DNA from: Rickettsia typhi
GTDB lineage: Bacteria; Pseudomonadota; Alphaproteobacteria; Rickettsiales; UBA1997
Direction: 5' to 3'
DNA: 62,937 nt
Assembly: GCA_945862075.1 (NCBI GenBank)
Contig: CAMAWV010000003.1
Location: 1-62,937, forward strand
The notes below the pieces were generated by a model that ran no database searches, was not told the origin of the DNA, and saw only the letters and a list, made by a program, of their open reading frames with translations. The translations under genes and the position numbers were made by a program. This document shows positions 9,450 to 19,288 of the stretch, one piece after another (the first letter of the stretch is position 1; every line of letters starts with the position of its first letter).

Positions 9450-10598
9450 TTAAAGATTTATATATGTTTTTAAATGATATTTTTTCTTAGTAAAAGCCAA
9501 AATAAGCCCAAAGGCAATTCCAGTGGCCAGCATTGAAGAGCCGCCATAACTAATAAATGGTAAAGTCATGCCCTTGGTTGGAAACAAGCCTAAACTTACT
9601 CCAATATTAACAATTACTTGCATGGTAAATTGCACCATTAAACCGCACAATGAAAGATAAATAAAAAAATCTTTTTCACTTAATGCTTTATAAACTATTC
9701 TAGCAATTAAATAAATAAATAACAATATAATAAAAATGCAAAATAAAATACCAAATTCTTCGGCAATAGAAGCGAAAATAAAATCGGTATGCACATCTGG
9801 TACAAATTTTTTTACCACTCCATTACCCATTCCTTTACCTAAAAAAGAGCCGTTTTGAAAGGCATCAAGCGATCTTTCAACTTGATAATTTTTTTGACTT
9901 GCATCAAGAAAGCGATTGATACGATCTTCAACATGCGGCAAGGTCAGATAAGTAATCACCGAGCCTAAAATAAATAAAATAAACAACGAAAAAACCACAA
10001 ACAGCGGAATGCCGTATAAAAAAAGTTGAGTTGCCCAAATTGCCACAAAAGAAATAATCATACCAAAATCTGGTTGTAAATAAAGCAAGGAAACAAAAAT
10101 CGCCAGCAAAAAAAATGAGCAAAAATACTGTGTTTTAGCACTATAAACACTTAATTTAGCAAAGCAATAAGAATGAAAAATAATGAAAAAAGTTTTGGCA
10201 AATTCGGATGGTTGTAAATTAAAGCCAGCAAAATTAAGCCAACGAGTTGCTCCTTTAATTTTTGAGCCAACCAACAAAACTAACAACAATAAAAATATGG
10301 AGCAACCAATGCCTAAAATCGCCAAAAACCTAATTTGCTCTTTTTGCAAAAAAGAAATAACAATCACTAAACACAAAGATAAACAGGCAAAAACTAATTG
10401 TTTTTTGATAAAAAACAATCTATCGACATCGATTTTTTTAGCAACCACATGGCTAGAGGTAGTGGTAAAAATTAAACCTAAAGCAATTAAAATAACTACA
10501 ATAGTGAAATTAATTTTATCTATATCTAACCACCAAGATTTAAAAAAATTAAGGTTTCTTCGATCAAAAAAATTATATTTGTTGCTGGAGTTGTTCAT
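9450..10598 (-). CDS. SEDS-family peptidoglycan glycosyltransferase (FtsW/RodA)
   Basis: Ten-TM profile, QPSEFAK motif, C-terminal GMTLPFISYGGSS motif. Confidence 0.85.
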   Translation of the reverse strand: MNNSSNKYNFFDRRNLNFFKSWWLDIDKINFTIVVILIALGLIFTTTSSHVVAKKIDVDRLFFIKKQLVFACLSLCLVIVISFLQKEQIRFLAILGIGCSIFLLLLVLLVGSKIKGATRWLNFAGFNLQPSEFAKTFFIIFHSYCFAKLSVYSAKTQYFCSFFLLAIFVSLLYLQPDFGMIISFVAIWATQLFLYGIPLFVVFSLFILFILGSVITYLTLPHVEDRINRFLDASQKNYQVERSLDAFQNGSFLGKGMGNGVVKKFVPDVHTDFIFASIAEEFGILFCIFIILLFIYLIARIVYKALSEKDFFIYLSLCGLMVQFTMQVIVNIGVSLGLFPTKGMTLPFISYGGSSMLATGIAFGLILAFTKKKYHLKTYINL

Positions 10599-10604
10599 AA
10601 AAAA

Positions 10605-10681
10605 TGGTGGGTGGTAGAAGACTCGAACTTCCGACCTTTACGATGTCAACGTAACACTCTAACCAACTGAGCTAACCACCC
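10605..10681 (-). tRNA. tRNA-Val (anticodon GAC), CCA encoded
   Basis: Reverse complement is GGGTGGTTAGCTCAGTTGGTTAGAGT...TTACG TTGACAT CGTAA...GGAAGTTCGAGTCTTCT ACCACCC A CCA, which folds as a cloverleaf. Confidence 0.9.
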
Positions 10682-10820
10682 AAAAAAGAATAACAAAAAC
10701 TAAATTTTTACTTATCTTATTTAACTTTGCAAGCAAAAATTATAAAAACAAACGATTGGACTATTTATTTATTTTGGTTTTGGCTATTTTTACCTAGTAT
10801 TTCTTGCATTAATTTAAAAG

Positions 10821-10840
10821 AAATTTGTGATGCAACAGTT
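10821..10840. repeat. Intergenic motif copy A: AAATTTGTGATGCAACAGTT
   Basis: 19/20 identical to 36904-36923. Lies between tRNA-Val and the stop of the m5C MTase gene. Confidence 0.5.
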
Positions 10841-10857
10841 CCACTATGTTCTCAATG

Positions 10858-11988
10858 TTATTTTTGGCAATCTAATATTTTTATTAAACATCTACCGATA
10901 TGATAAGCCAAATTTACTGGAACCGCATTTCCTATTTGTTTGTATTGCGAAGAGATAGAGCCTTGAAATTGCCACTCATCAGGAAAAGTTTGTATTCTTG
11001 CATACTCTCTTATATTTAGAGGTCTTGTTTCGGTTGGATGGCATCTTTCTGTTTGTTTTTGTGAAGGGCTGCAGGTTAAGGTAAGAGATGGCTCCTCTCT
11101 GCTTAGTCTTCTAGCTATTCCAGTTCTGCCACCTGTATGATAAAAACTTGTCATCATATATTCTTTTTGTATATCTTCTGGAAGATCTCTCCAATAGCCA
11201 CCTTCTGGCACCATATCAAGTATTTCTTTTTTTTTCTTTGGATACTGTTGCCCAAAAGACACTGGGCAGTTTTTTAAAGCATCACCAACTGTAATAATAT
11301 ATTTTTTTTCTTCCGGAAAAATAAATGGCAAATCTAAATCTTTTCTTATAGCCATAATTATTAACCTCTCTCTTTTTTGCGGAACATCTAAATATTGAGA
11401 TTTCAATACTTTATATCTTACATTGTAACCAATTTCTTGCAATATGTTTATCATGATATCTAATGTTTTTCCGCCATCATGTTGTAATAAACCTTTAACA
11501 TTCTCACCTATGGCAATTTTTGGCCTCACCTCTTTTATACATCTTGCAAATTGAAAAAATAAAGCACCACGACTATCTTCAAAACCAAGATTTTTACCAG
11601 CATAACTAAAAGCCTGACAAGGAAAACCGCCTTGCACAACATCTATATTGTTATATTTTGTAAAATCTATGTTGGTTATATCGTCATGAATAATATTGAT
11701 ATTTTTAGCTAGATTAGTTCTTAAGGTTGCAACAGCATCTTTATTGAGCTCATTTAATAAAGCATGATTTAAGCCAGCATTTTCAAAACCTAAAGCCGCT
11801 CCTCCGGCTCCAGCAAATAATTCTATTACCTGATAATTAGTTTTTTGTGAAGATTTTAATATTTGATACCTACCGAAATTTGGTTTAATAATATTTTTGT
11901 TATTCATATTATGATTATTAAAATCAAATAATTCTAGGTTTTGATTAAGAGAGAAGTTATTTTTATTTGTGGTGAGATTATGTTTCAT
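10858..11988 (-). CDS. DNA (cytosine-5)-methyltransferase (type II RM, M subunit)
   Basis: m5C MTase motifs in order: I ELFAGAGG, IV GGFPCQAFS, VI ENVKGL, VIII QKRERLI, X GNAVPV. Confidence 0.9.
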   Translation of the reverse strand: MKHNLTTNKNNFSLNQNLELFDFNNHNMNNKNIIKPNFGRYQILKSSQKTNYQVIELFAGAGGAALGFENAGLNHALLNELNKDAVATLRTNLAKNINIIHDDITNIDFTKYNNIDVVQGGFPCQAFSYAGKNLGFEDSRGALFFQFARCIKEVRPKIAIGENVKGLLQHDGGKTLDIMINILQEIGYNVRYKVLKSQYLDVPQKRERLIIMAIRKDLDLPFIFPEEKKYIITVGDALKNCPVSFGQQYPKKKKEILDMVPEGGYWRDLPEDIQKEYMMTSFYHTGGRTGIARRLSREEPSLTLTCSPSQKQTERCHPTETRPLNIREYARIQTFPDEWQFQGSISSQYKQIGNAVPVNLAYHIGRCLIKILDCQK

Positions 11989-11994
11989 AGATTT

Positions 11995-12705
11995 TTATTT
12001 ATTTTTTATAAATGCTTGATTAAATATTTTTTCAAACAAGGGATCAGAAATAATTTTTTCACTATCATTTTTTAAAATATCAGATAATATAGCAGGTATT
12101 GCTTGATATATTTGATATATTGCATTTTTATCGCCTGTAACTATTTCATAGAAAGAGTTGCCATCTATTTCTATTATATTTAGATTTTGCAATCTTTTTT
12201 CTTTTGTTTTATTATCAGAAGGTGTAAATGGTTTGTTAATTATTTTTTTTGAAATAATAGAAACATAATATGCACTATAGCCATAATATTTATTTTCTAA
12301 TAAATTATTAAGGTCATCATAAATAGCTATTTTATGATTTCCTTTAGTTGTATTAAATTTATTTTTTACTTCTGCTATTATTTTTCTTTCTTTATTTATC
12401 ACATCAATAATCCCTCCTGTTTCTAAGTTTTCCCATCCCTCAATACTTCCTAATAATTTTTGATGAAAAGGACCTATTTCATTTTGAAATGTTTTTTGAA
12501 TTTGTCTGATTTTTTCAAATTGCAACCATTCTGTTAGAGAAATATTATGAAAAGAAGCATCAAATATCGCAGAAAAAGGATCAATTATATTACGATATAA
12601 ATCAACATCTTTTGCTTTTACCGATTTCTGCCAAGCTAAAACTATATTATAACATAAATTATAAAGTTTTTCGTATTTTAAAAATTTAATTTGATAATTA
12701 TTCAT
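11995..12705 (-). CDS. Putative type II restriction endonuclease (PD-(D/E)XK; Eco47II/Sau96I-like candidate)
   Basis: Ends 6 nt upstream of, and co-directional with, the m5C MTase. IDV-x10-AEVK fits D...(D/E)XK. Size 236 aa. Family assignment is from memory only. Confidence 0.5.
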   Translation of the reverse strand: MNNYQIKFLKYEKLYNLCYNIVLAWQKSVKAKDVDLYRNIIDPFSAIFDASFHNISLTEWLQFEKIRQIQKTFQNEIGPFHQKLLGSIEGWENLETGGIIDVINKERKIIAEVKNKFNTTKGNHKIAIYDDLNNLLENKYYGYSAYYVSIISKKIINKPFTPSDNKTKEKRLQNLNIIEIDGNSFYEIVTGDKNAIYQIYQAIPAILSDILKNDSEKIISDPLFEKIFNQAFIKNK

Positions 12706-12762
12706 AAAAGATTTGTTTACCTAATTTCTGTTTAAATAATTAACATCTTTTTAAAATACTCT

Positions 12763-14046
12763 TTAAAAAAAACGAAATTGCCCTTTTTGGTTGCCAGCAT
12801 AAATTGCTTGCAAGCCAAGCTCATGCTCAATGCGTAGTAACTCGTTATATTTAGCAGTACGATCAGATCGGCACAATGAGCCAGTTTTAATTTGCCCGGC
12901 ATTGGTGGCGACCGCTAAATGCGCTATTGTAGCATCTTCTGTTTCGCCAGAGCGATGAGAAATAATATTGTTGTAGTTATTTTGTTTTGCTAAATCAATA
13001 GTTTGTAGGGTTTCGGTGAGGGTGCCAATTTGGTTTGGTTTAATTAATACCGCATTTGCTAAATTTTGTTTGATTCCTTGAGCTAATATTTGAGGATTAG
13101 TTACAAATAAATCGTCGCCTACTAATTGCACTTTTTTACCAAGTTTAGAGGTAATATTTTGCCAACCAGAGATATCGTCTTCGGCCATAGGATCTTCGAT
13201 AGAAAAAATAGGGTAAGAATCAACTAGCTTTTGATAATAATCAATAATTTCTAGGCTGGTTAATTTTTTATTTTCGCCAACTAAATTATAAATAGAATTT
13301 TCATAAAATTCGGAAGAGGCACAATCAAGAGCCAATAAAATATCGGAGCCAATTTTATAGCCCGCTTGATGCACCGCTTCTGATATAAAATCGAGAGCTT
13401 GTGTTGCCGAAGAAAAATTAGGAGCAAAGCCACCTTCATCGCCAACACTGGTGCTATAACCTTTTTTATGTAGGTTATTTTTTAAACAAAAAAATACTTC
13501 TGCTCCTGCGCAAATTGCATCAGACATTGAATTTGCACCAACTGGGGCAATCATGAATTCTTGAATATCGATGCTATTATTGGCATGTTTTCCGCCATTT
13601 ATGATGTTCATTAACGGAACAGGTAAAACTCTAGCAGAATTGCCACCAAGATAAGAAAATAAAGAAAGTTTAGCATTATTTGCATAAGCTTTTGCAACCG
13701 CTAAAGAAACTGCTAAAATAGCATTGGCACCAAGTTTAGATTTGTTTTTTGTGCCATCAAGATTTATTAAAATATTATCGAGTTCTTGTTGCGAACCACC
13801 AAAACCAGCTAATTTATTAGCTATAATGATATTAACATTTTCAACTGCCTTTAAAACAGATTTACCGAAATAAAATTGCAAATTATTATCGCGTAGTTCA
13901 CAGGCTTCTAGCTTGCCAGTAGAGGCTCCAGAAGGCACTGAAGCCGTGGCAGAAACACCATTTGACAAACTTACTTTTGCTTCTAAAGTAGGGCAACCTC
14001 TAGAATCTAAAATTTGATAAGCAATAATTTTTGCTATGTTTAGCAT
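12763..14046 (-). CDS. eno: Enolase
   Basis: [39 protein letters not shown] motifs. Confidence 0.95.
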   Translation of the reverse strand: MLNIAKIIAYQILDSRGCPTLEAKVSLSNGVSATASVPSGASTGKLEACELRDNNLQFYFGKSVLKAVENVNIIIANKLAGFGGSQQELDNILINLDGTKNKSKLGANAILAVSLAVAKAYANNAKLSLFSYLGGNSARVLPVPLMNIINGGKHANNSIDIQEFMIAPVGANSMSDAICAGAEVFFCLKNNLHKKGYSTSVGDEGGFAPNFSSATQALDFISEAVHQAGYKIGSDILLALDCASSEFYENSIYNLVGENKKLTSLEIIDYYQKLVDSYPIFSIEDPMAEDDISGWQNITSKLGKKVQLVGDDLFVTNPQILAQGIKQNLANAVLIKPNQIGTLTETLQTIDLAKQNNYNNIISHRSGETEDATIAHLAVATNAGQIKTGSLCRSDRTAKYNELLRIEHELGLQAIYAGNQKGQFRFF

Positions 14047-14134
14047 AGTTTAAATATGTTTTTAAAATTTTTTCAAATAACAAAGTGCATAATAAAATTT
14101 ATTCGAAGAGATAAAAATATTTTATTTTTATTGG

Positions 14135-14581
14135 TTAAAATGGAATTTCATCGTCGTTATCTTCGAGAGCAACTTGATTATGTTTGCCACCAGAAGATTG
14201 ATTTACTTGATAATCGTTGCCAGAATTTTGACGATCATTTCGATCGAGAATTTGTAAAACAGAACTATAGTTTTGTAGAACAATTTCGGTAGTAGTTTTT
14301 TCGTTACCTTGGTTGTCAGTCCATTTGCGACTTTGCAAGGCTCCTTCGATATAAAGCTTATTGCCTTTTTTGACATAATTTTTAACAATACCAACTAACC
14401 CTTGAGAGAAAATAACAATTCTATGCCACTCGGTTTTATCTTTTTTTTCGCCACTGTTTTTATCTTTCCAGCTTTCAGAGGTAGCCAATGAAAAATTAGC
14501 AATTTCTCTGCCATCTTGTGTGGTTCGCACTTCTGGATCTTGCCCAACATTACCAACCAATATTACTTTATTTATAGACAT
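14135..14581 (-). CDS. ssb: Single-stranded DNA-binding protein
   Basis: NKVILVGNVGQDPEVR OB-fold start and acidic tail ending DDDEIPF. Confidence 0.95.
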   Translation of the reverse strand: MSINKVILVGNVGQDPEVRTTQDGREIANFSLATSESWKDKNSGEKKDKTEWHRIVIFSQGLVGIVKNYVKKGNKLYIEGALQSRKWTDNQGNEKTTTEIVLQNYSSVLQILDRNDRQNSGNDYQVNQSSGGKHNQVALEDNDDEIPF

Positions 14582-14722
14582 AATTAAATTTTAATTTATT
14601 AAAAAATCCCCAAAATAAAATTGTAAAACAACAAAAATAAAAGCCAAGCACGATTTTTATTTATTTTTAAATTTGACCAATAAAAGTTTCGATACTTTAT
14701 AAAAATAACACATTGTATTTTA

Positions 14723-15517
14723 CTATAATTTAGAAGAAGTTTTCACCGCCTCTGCTATGGCTTGTTTAAAAATATTTTTTAGCTGGTTTTGATTTTTTAA
14801 AACCTCTAAAGCACTTGCGGTTGCCCCTTTTTTACTAGCCACCATTTGTTGCAAAAAAGCAGGAGATTGAGTGTTTTTTTGCATCATCATAGACGATCCT
14901 AGAAATAAATCGATAATCAATTGCGGTTGATTTATTTGGTATTCGCTAGCAATTTGGTTGAAAATTTCTTGCAATAAAAATAAATAAGCCGGGCCACAAC
15001 CAAAAATAGCAGTGGCAATATCAAAATCGGCTTCTTTTGACAAAGCAAAAAGTTGCTTACCAAAAATTTGGTGTAGTATTTTTGAATCTTGGTTTTCAAG
15101 GTGTTGATTAGCAAAATAAGCAACAATTCCGCAATTTACCTCGATATTTAAATTTGGCATAATACGTATAATTTTTGTATTTTTGACAAAAATCTGTTCA
15201 TAAAATTCTAGTTTTTTGCCTGCCAACATTGTGATAATAACAGTTTTTGGCTGTAAAAATTTTTGTTTAGCAAATAAAGGTAATATTTCTAGGGCTTGTT
15301 GGGGTTTAATTGCCAAAAAAATAATGTCAGCAATGTAATTGCTTGGCAGATCGGAGCAATTGGCAAAATAAGCAACTTGGTTAGGTAAATTATTGATAGT
15401 TGGCTTAATAATGCTAATTTGACTAGAACTTAAGTGATTTTGTAAAGTTTGCACAACCGCTCTTCCCATGTTGCCACAACCTAAAAATAAAATGTTTAAA
15501 AAATTATTGTTTGACAT
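14723..15517 (-). CDS. proC: Pyrroline-5-carboxylate reductase
   Basis: N-terminal Rossmann motif LGCGNMGRA, IRIMPN motif, C-terminal KKGATASAL. Confidence 0.85.
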   Translation of the reverse strand: MSNNNFLNILFLGCGNMGRAVVQTLQNHLSSSQISIIKPTINNLPNQVAYFANCSDLPSNYIADIIFLAIKPQQALEILPLFAKQKFLQPKTVIITMLAGKKLEFYEQIFVKNTKIIRIMPNLNIEVNCGIVAYFANQHLENQDSKILHQIFGKQLFALSKEADFDIATAIFGCGPAYLFLLQEIFNQIASEYQINQPQLIIDLFLGSSMMMQKNTQSPAFLQQMVASKKGATASALEVLKNQNQLKNIFKQAIAEAVKTSSKL

Positions 15518-15523
15518 AAAAGA

Positions 15524-16267
15524 CTATAAAAATTTGGCAAAAAATAAAGAAATTTCCAGTAAAAATAACATAATTATTGCTAAAATAAGTTGGCTAAAAA
15601 TATCAGGCGGAGTGAGTACGGCAGAAATAATAAAAATTGCCACAATAAAATAGCGTCTTTTATTTTTTATACTGGCAATACTGATAACTTTAGTTTTGAT
15701 GAGTAATAAAAGCACCACAGGGGTGAGAAAAGCCAAGCCAAAACCAATCAAAATATCTAATACAAAATCAAGATAGTTACTAATTTTTGCCTCTAAAACT
15801 AAGTTAATCTGGGCTATATTTGCTTGAAAAAAACTAGTTTCATAACTAGCAAAAAATTTTAAAGCCAACGGAATAACCAAATAATAAGCAAAAATTGCTC
15901 CCATAAAAAATAACAGCGGAGCTATTAATAACAATAAGAAAGCTACTTTTTTTTCTTGCCAATAAAGAGCAGGAAGTAAAAACAAGTAAAGTTGTAAAAA
16001 AGCCACAGGAATAGTGATAAAAACAGCAGAGTAAGAAGCTAACCTAATATAACTAAAAAAAACCTCAGAAGGGCTAGTAAAAATTAGTTTTCGCCCCCCT
16101 GGCGAAACAGATAAAAACGGCTCTAGCAAAAAAGCATAAATTTGTTGCGAAAAATAATAAGAAACTGCCAAAGAAAATAAAAAAAAACCCACAACCCAAA
16201 TTAATCTAAGACGCAACTCGGCAAAATGTTGAGAGGCGGAATTTTGCGGAACCTCTAACGAAAACAT
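15524..16267 (-). CDS. tatC: Sec-independent protein translocase TatC
   Basis: HFAELRLRLIW start, six-TM profile, PPDIFSQ motif. Confidence 0.9.
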   Translation of the reverse strand: MFSLEVPQNSASQHFAELRLRLIWVVGFFLFSLAVSYYFSQQIYAFLLEPFLSVSPGGRKLIFTSPSEVFFSYIRLASYSAVFITIPVAFLQLYLFLLPALYWQEKKVAFLLLLIAPLLFFMGAIFAYYLVIPLALKFFASYETSFFQANIAQINLVLEAKISNYLDFVLDILIGFGLAFLTPVVLLLLIKTKVISIASIKNKRRYFIVAIFIISAVLTPPDIFSQLILAIIMLFLLEISLFFAKFL

Positions 16268-16911
16268 ACTTCTTTTAGATTAGCAATGTTGCTAGCATAA
16301 TTGTTGCTAGAAAAAACGTAAGAACCAGCTACCAAAACATTTGCTCCTGCTTTTACTACTAAAGGTGCAGTTTGTAGATTAATGCCACCATCAACTTGTA
16401 TCTCAATATTTTTGCCACTATTTTTGATAAGTTGATGAATATTGTTAATTTTTTGCAATTGACTTGTTAAAAATTGCTGACCACCAAAACCAGGATTGAC
16501 CGTCATGATTAAAATCAAATCGAGTTTATCAAGCAAATATTGCACTATATTTTCAGGGGTTGATGGCACCAAAGAGAGCCCTGCTTTTTTATGATGAGAT
16601 TTGATTAAATCAAGAGTGCGATCGAGATGAATACAACTTTCGCTATGAATAGTAATAATGTCGCAACCAGCATTGGCAAAAGCCGGAATATGATTTTGTG
16701 GGTTGTTTATCATTAAATGAGCATCAAATGGTAATTTAGTGATTTTGCGTAAAGATTTAATTACCTCGTTGCCAAAGGTGATATTTGGCACGAAACTGCC
16801 ATCCATTACATCGAGATGTAAATAATCGGCTTTTGCTTGTTCTAATAATTTAATTTCATTGCCAAGTTGTGAAAAATCAGAAGAAAGTAAAGAAGGAGCG
16901 ATTTTAATCAT
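16255..16911 (-). CDS. rpe: Ribulose-phosphate 3-epimerase
   Basis: MIKIAPSLLSSDF...HLDVMDG...MTVNPGFGGQ. I chose the internal ATG at 16911. The track's 45-aa N-terminal extension overlaps the upstream gene. Confidence 0.9.
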   Translation of the reverse strand: MIKIAPSLLSSDFSQLGNEIKLLEQAKADYLHLDVMDGSFVPNITFGNEVIKSLRKITKLPFDAHLMINNPQNHIPAFANAGCDIITIHSESCIHLDRTLDLIKSHHKKAGLSLVPSTPENIVQYLLDKLDLILIMTVNPGFGGQQFLTSQLQKINNIHQLIKNSGKNIEIQVDGGINLQTAPLVVKAGANVLVAGSYVFSSNNYASNIANLKEVCFR

Positions 16912-17326
16912 TTTGTTTTTTTGAACAATTAAGCGCCACCAAATCGTAAATAGGATGTTCGAGGCTAGAAACAGATGGGCTTGAGGCAAAAAGCCAACCA
17001 AAAAATATAGGTTTTTTGGTATCTTGATAAATTTCGCTAATTTCAAGCAACATTTTACTTTCTGGTTTTTGGTAAGCTGGGGCTTGCCAGCATTTATGCA
17101 AGGTTATTTGCAGGTTACTGATGATTATTGGTTTTTTTAACTGTAAAAAAATCTTTTCAACTTTAGCGGTATTTTTATTTAGCAATTGCACATTACCAGA
17201 GCTAGAAAAAACAATAGGCTCTTCTACTATCTTAGTATCGGCGGTGATATTTTCGGCGAAAACCACAGAAAAACCAAAAAATAAGATAAAAAATAAAGTT
17301 TTTAAAAGCAAATTACTTAATTTCAT
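16904..17326 (-). CDS. DUF2155-like secreted protein
   Basis: Signal peptide. FFGWLFASSPSVSSLEHPIYDLVALNC resembles the conserved DUF2155 core. Conserved position next to mlaD in alphaproteobacteria (from memory). Confidence 0.6.
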   Translation of the reverse strand: MKLSNLLLKTLFFILFFGFSVVFAENITADTKIVEEPIVFSSSGNVQLLNKNTAKVEKIFLQLKKPIIISNLQITLHKCWQAPAYQKPESKMLLEISEIYQDTKKPIFFGWLFASSPSVSSLEHPIYDLVALNCSKKQND

Positions 17327-17801
17327 TTGGCGAATTTTGATTTGATGTTTTATTGTTATTACTAAAAATAAATTTCCCTAAAAGTTCTTCAAAATTTACC
17401 GAAGATTGAGTAAAAGATATTTCTTGATTAGGTTGTAAAAATTCGCTATCACTACCCACGGCAATTGCTAAATATTTAGAACCAAGCAAACCTTCGGAGG
17501 CAACTTTTATAGAAGAATCGGCAGGAATTAACACATTTTTATCGAGTTCAAAATGAATAATCGCTTGATAAGTTTTGACATCAAGCTCTTGTTTTGTTAC
17601 ATTGCCAACTTTTACTCCTGCAATTTTCACATCGGCACCAGTGTTAATGCCATCGGCCGTGCTAAATTTAGCAAATAAAAAATAATTTTCGCTATTTTTT
17701 AATTGATGAGTTTTAGAAAAAGACGAAAAAAAGAAAAAACCAGCAACAAATAAAACCAAGGTGCCAATAAAAAAATCAAAGTAGTTGTGAATTTTTTGCA
17801 T
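17313..17801 (-). CDS. mlaD: MlaD-like MCE-domain protein (outer-membrane lipid asymmetry)
   Basis: N-terminal TM plus an MCE domain (GINTGADVKIAGVKVGNV...ASEGLLGSKYL). Confidence 0.7.
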   Translation of the reverse strand: MQKIHNYFDFFIGTLVLFVAGFFFFSSFSKTHQLKNSENYFLFAKFSTADGINTGADVKIAGVKVGNVTKQELDVKTYQAIIHFELDKNVLIPADSSIKVASEGLLGSKYLAIAVGSDSEFLQPNQEISFTQSSVNFEELLGKFIFSNNNKTSNQNSPNEIK

Positions 17802-17813
17802 AGTGATATATTA

Positions 17814-18143
17814 TTATTTTGGTTGCCAAAAGTTTGGTGCAGAATTGGTTTTAGCTGTGAGTTTAGGATGATAGGCATCTGCAGTGCCTGTAAGATTTGG
17901 CTGATGATTAATCTGCCAAGAATAGGTAAGTTGATTAGTTATTGGTAGTTCATTAGTGGTGTAGTGTAGCCAAGAATGCCAATTGGCAACAACTTTTGAA
18001 GCCTCTGGTTTGCCTTGATAAACCACAAATCTTTTTTTGGTTTTGGCATTTTGATAGTATTCGTTGCCGTAAGAATCTACCCCAACTTTTTTATTGTTGC
18101 AACGAATACAAATTTTATTTAAAATATCAGTGATAATTTGCAT
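17814..18143 (-). CDS. NDUFA12-like (complex I accessory-type) protein
   Basis: VGVDSYGNEYYQ...RFVVYQGKPEASKVVANWHSWLHYT matches the NDUFA12 pattern. Confidence 0.7.
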   Translation of the reverse strand: MQIITDILNKICIRCNNKKVGVDSYGNEYYQNAKTKKRFVVYQGKPEASKVVANWHSWLHYTTNELPITNQLTYSWQINHQPNLTGTADAYHPKLTAKTNSAPNFWQPK

Positions 18144-18269
18144 AGAAAAAACATAATTTGTTATTAAACAATTATGCTTGATTTTTTTCTAAAAGCAAGC
18201 GGTTTTTTATAATAAAATCTGCATTAGTATTGTTTATAAAATTTTCTTAAAATGCTAACGAAAAGTTGC

Positions 18270-18298
18270 TTGACTATTATATTTAAGCATTTTATAAT
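18270..18298 (+). promoter_or_regulatory. Sigma70-like promoter for tRNA-Gln: TTGACT, 17-nt spacer, TATAAT
   Basis: TTGACT at 18270-18275 and TATAAT at 18293-18298, 14 nt upstream of the tRNA 5' end. The AT-rich background lowers specificity. Confidence 0.4.
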
Positions 18299-18312
18299 TT
18301 TTAGCTTAGTTT

Positions 18313-18387
18313 TGGGGTGTAGCCAAGTGGTAAGGCAGCGGTTTTTGGTACCGCCACCCGTAGGTTCGAATCCTGCCACCCCAACCA
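18313..18387 (+). tRNA. tRNA-Gln (anticodon UUG), CCA encoded
   Basis: TGGGGTGTAGCCAAGTGGTAAGGCAGCGG TTTTGGT ACCGC...GGTTCGAATCC...CACCCCA A CCA. Confidence 0.9.
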
Positions 18388-18576
18388 CTAAATAATGCAA
18401 TAATACCATTTTTATGCCAAAAAATAATACTGGATCTACCGCAAATAGGCAATCAAGCACTGGCAATAAATCTACTTCAAATCAGCAAAATCATAATTCT
18501 AATTCAAGCCTAGGTAAAAAAAACGACAATCCCAAACCAAATAAAGTAGATATGCGCGGAATTCAAACAAAAGGAA

Positions 18577-19284
18577 TTAAGAAATAATTTTTTTAAAACC
18601 ACTAAATATCTTCTCTATCTTAGTGCGGTGAATCCAAGAAAATGTCCCCAGAATAGATAAAAGAGAAATAATAATTTTAACAGCTTTAGATTGAGTGCAG
18701 TTTATTAGTAAAAATGTAACCACAAAACTAACCATAAAACAAATTGCAAGTTTTAAAAAAGATGCCTTCCTTTCATTAGAAATTATGCTAACATTGATTC
18801 TTTTTGCATAATCAACTAAAATATAAGCTTTTAGAGATTTGAATTTTTCTTTTTTAGTTGTGAAAGTTTCTTTTTCTAGAAAAAAATTTGGATGCACACC
18901 GCAAGATCCATACTCATTAACCTGCAAACAAAGAAGGTTTCCTATCAATCCTATTATCAAAAAGAAAATCGGCCACCACCAAATTATTTCATTAGTCAAT
19001 GAAAAAACCTGAAACTTGTCTATTTTTATGTTAATTATAGCGATCAAAATCGAAATAATTAAGAGCTGTGCGGTCAGTAATTTACCAGCTTTATCTTCGA
19101 GATCTTTTTTAGTTTTTAAACAATCTTCTAGCATTTTTTCTGCTTCTTTGAGGCCGTTATCAACTAAATCTTCTTCAAAATCTGTTAATTCATAAATATC
19201 ATCTTCCGATAAAATATTATTATTGGTTTTTATTTTTACAGTCTCTACACCAAAAAATTTTTCTAATAACTTCAACATTTTCAA
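18577..19284 (-). CDS. Hypothetical 4-TM membrane protein with acidic coiled-coil N-terminus
   Basis: ORF of 235 aa starting 4 nt after the SulP stop. Hydrophobic segments lie at about aa 70-87, 100-122, 178-195 and 200-217. No family recognised with confidence. Confidence 0.5.
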   Translation of the reverse strand: MKMLKLLEKFFGVETVKIKTNNNILSEDDIYELTDFEEDLVDNGLKEAEKMLEDCLKTKKDLEDKAGKLLTAQLLIISILIAIINIKIDKFQVFSLTNEIIWWWPIFFLIIGLIGNLLCLQVNEYGSCGVHPNFFLEKETFTTKKEKFKSLKAYILVDYAKRINVSIISNERKASFLKLAICFMVSFVVTFLLINCTQSKAVKIIISLLSILGTFSWIHRTKIEKIFSGFKKIIS

Positions 19285-19288
19285 CCAG

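Noticed and set aside
10183-10617. 144-aa + strand ORF
   Set aside because: It is antisense to the SEDS (FtsW/RodA) gene and runs into tRNA-Val. It is an artefact of the AT-rich antisense frame.
16912-17046. N-terminal extensions proposed by the track for rpe, and likewise for nusA (36908), xseA (35508), lptB (50246), the NPPY MTase (32929) and the DUF4116 gene (60694)
   Set aside because: The extensions overlap upstream genes or lack homology. Internal ATGs give canonical N-termini.
18224-18466. 80-aa minus-strand ORF
   Set aside because: It overlaps tRNA-Gln (18313..18387) on the opposite strand. Its GC-rich middle is simply the tRNA sequence.
18414-18587. 57-codon + strand ORF after tRNA-Gln (MPKNNTGSTANRQSSTGNKSTSNQQNHNS...)
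   Set aside because: It is low-complexity (Asn/Ser/Lys) and overlaps the 3' end of the convergent 4-TM gene. Nothing supports coding beyond an open frame.
18577-19284. Possible Pycsar/SLATT-like transmembrane defence effector (LEDKAGKLL followed by TM helices)
   Set aside because: The resemblance is a short motif recalled from memory. No cyclase or sensor gene is nearby, and the gene is tightly coupled to a SulP transporter. I kept it as a hypothetical membrane protein.
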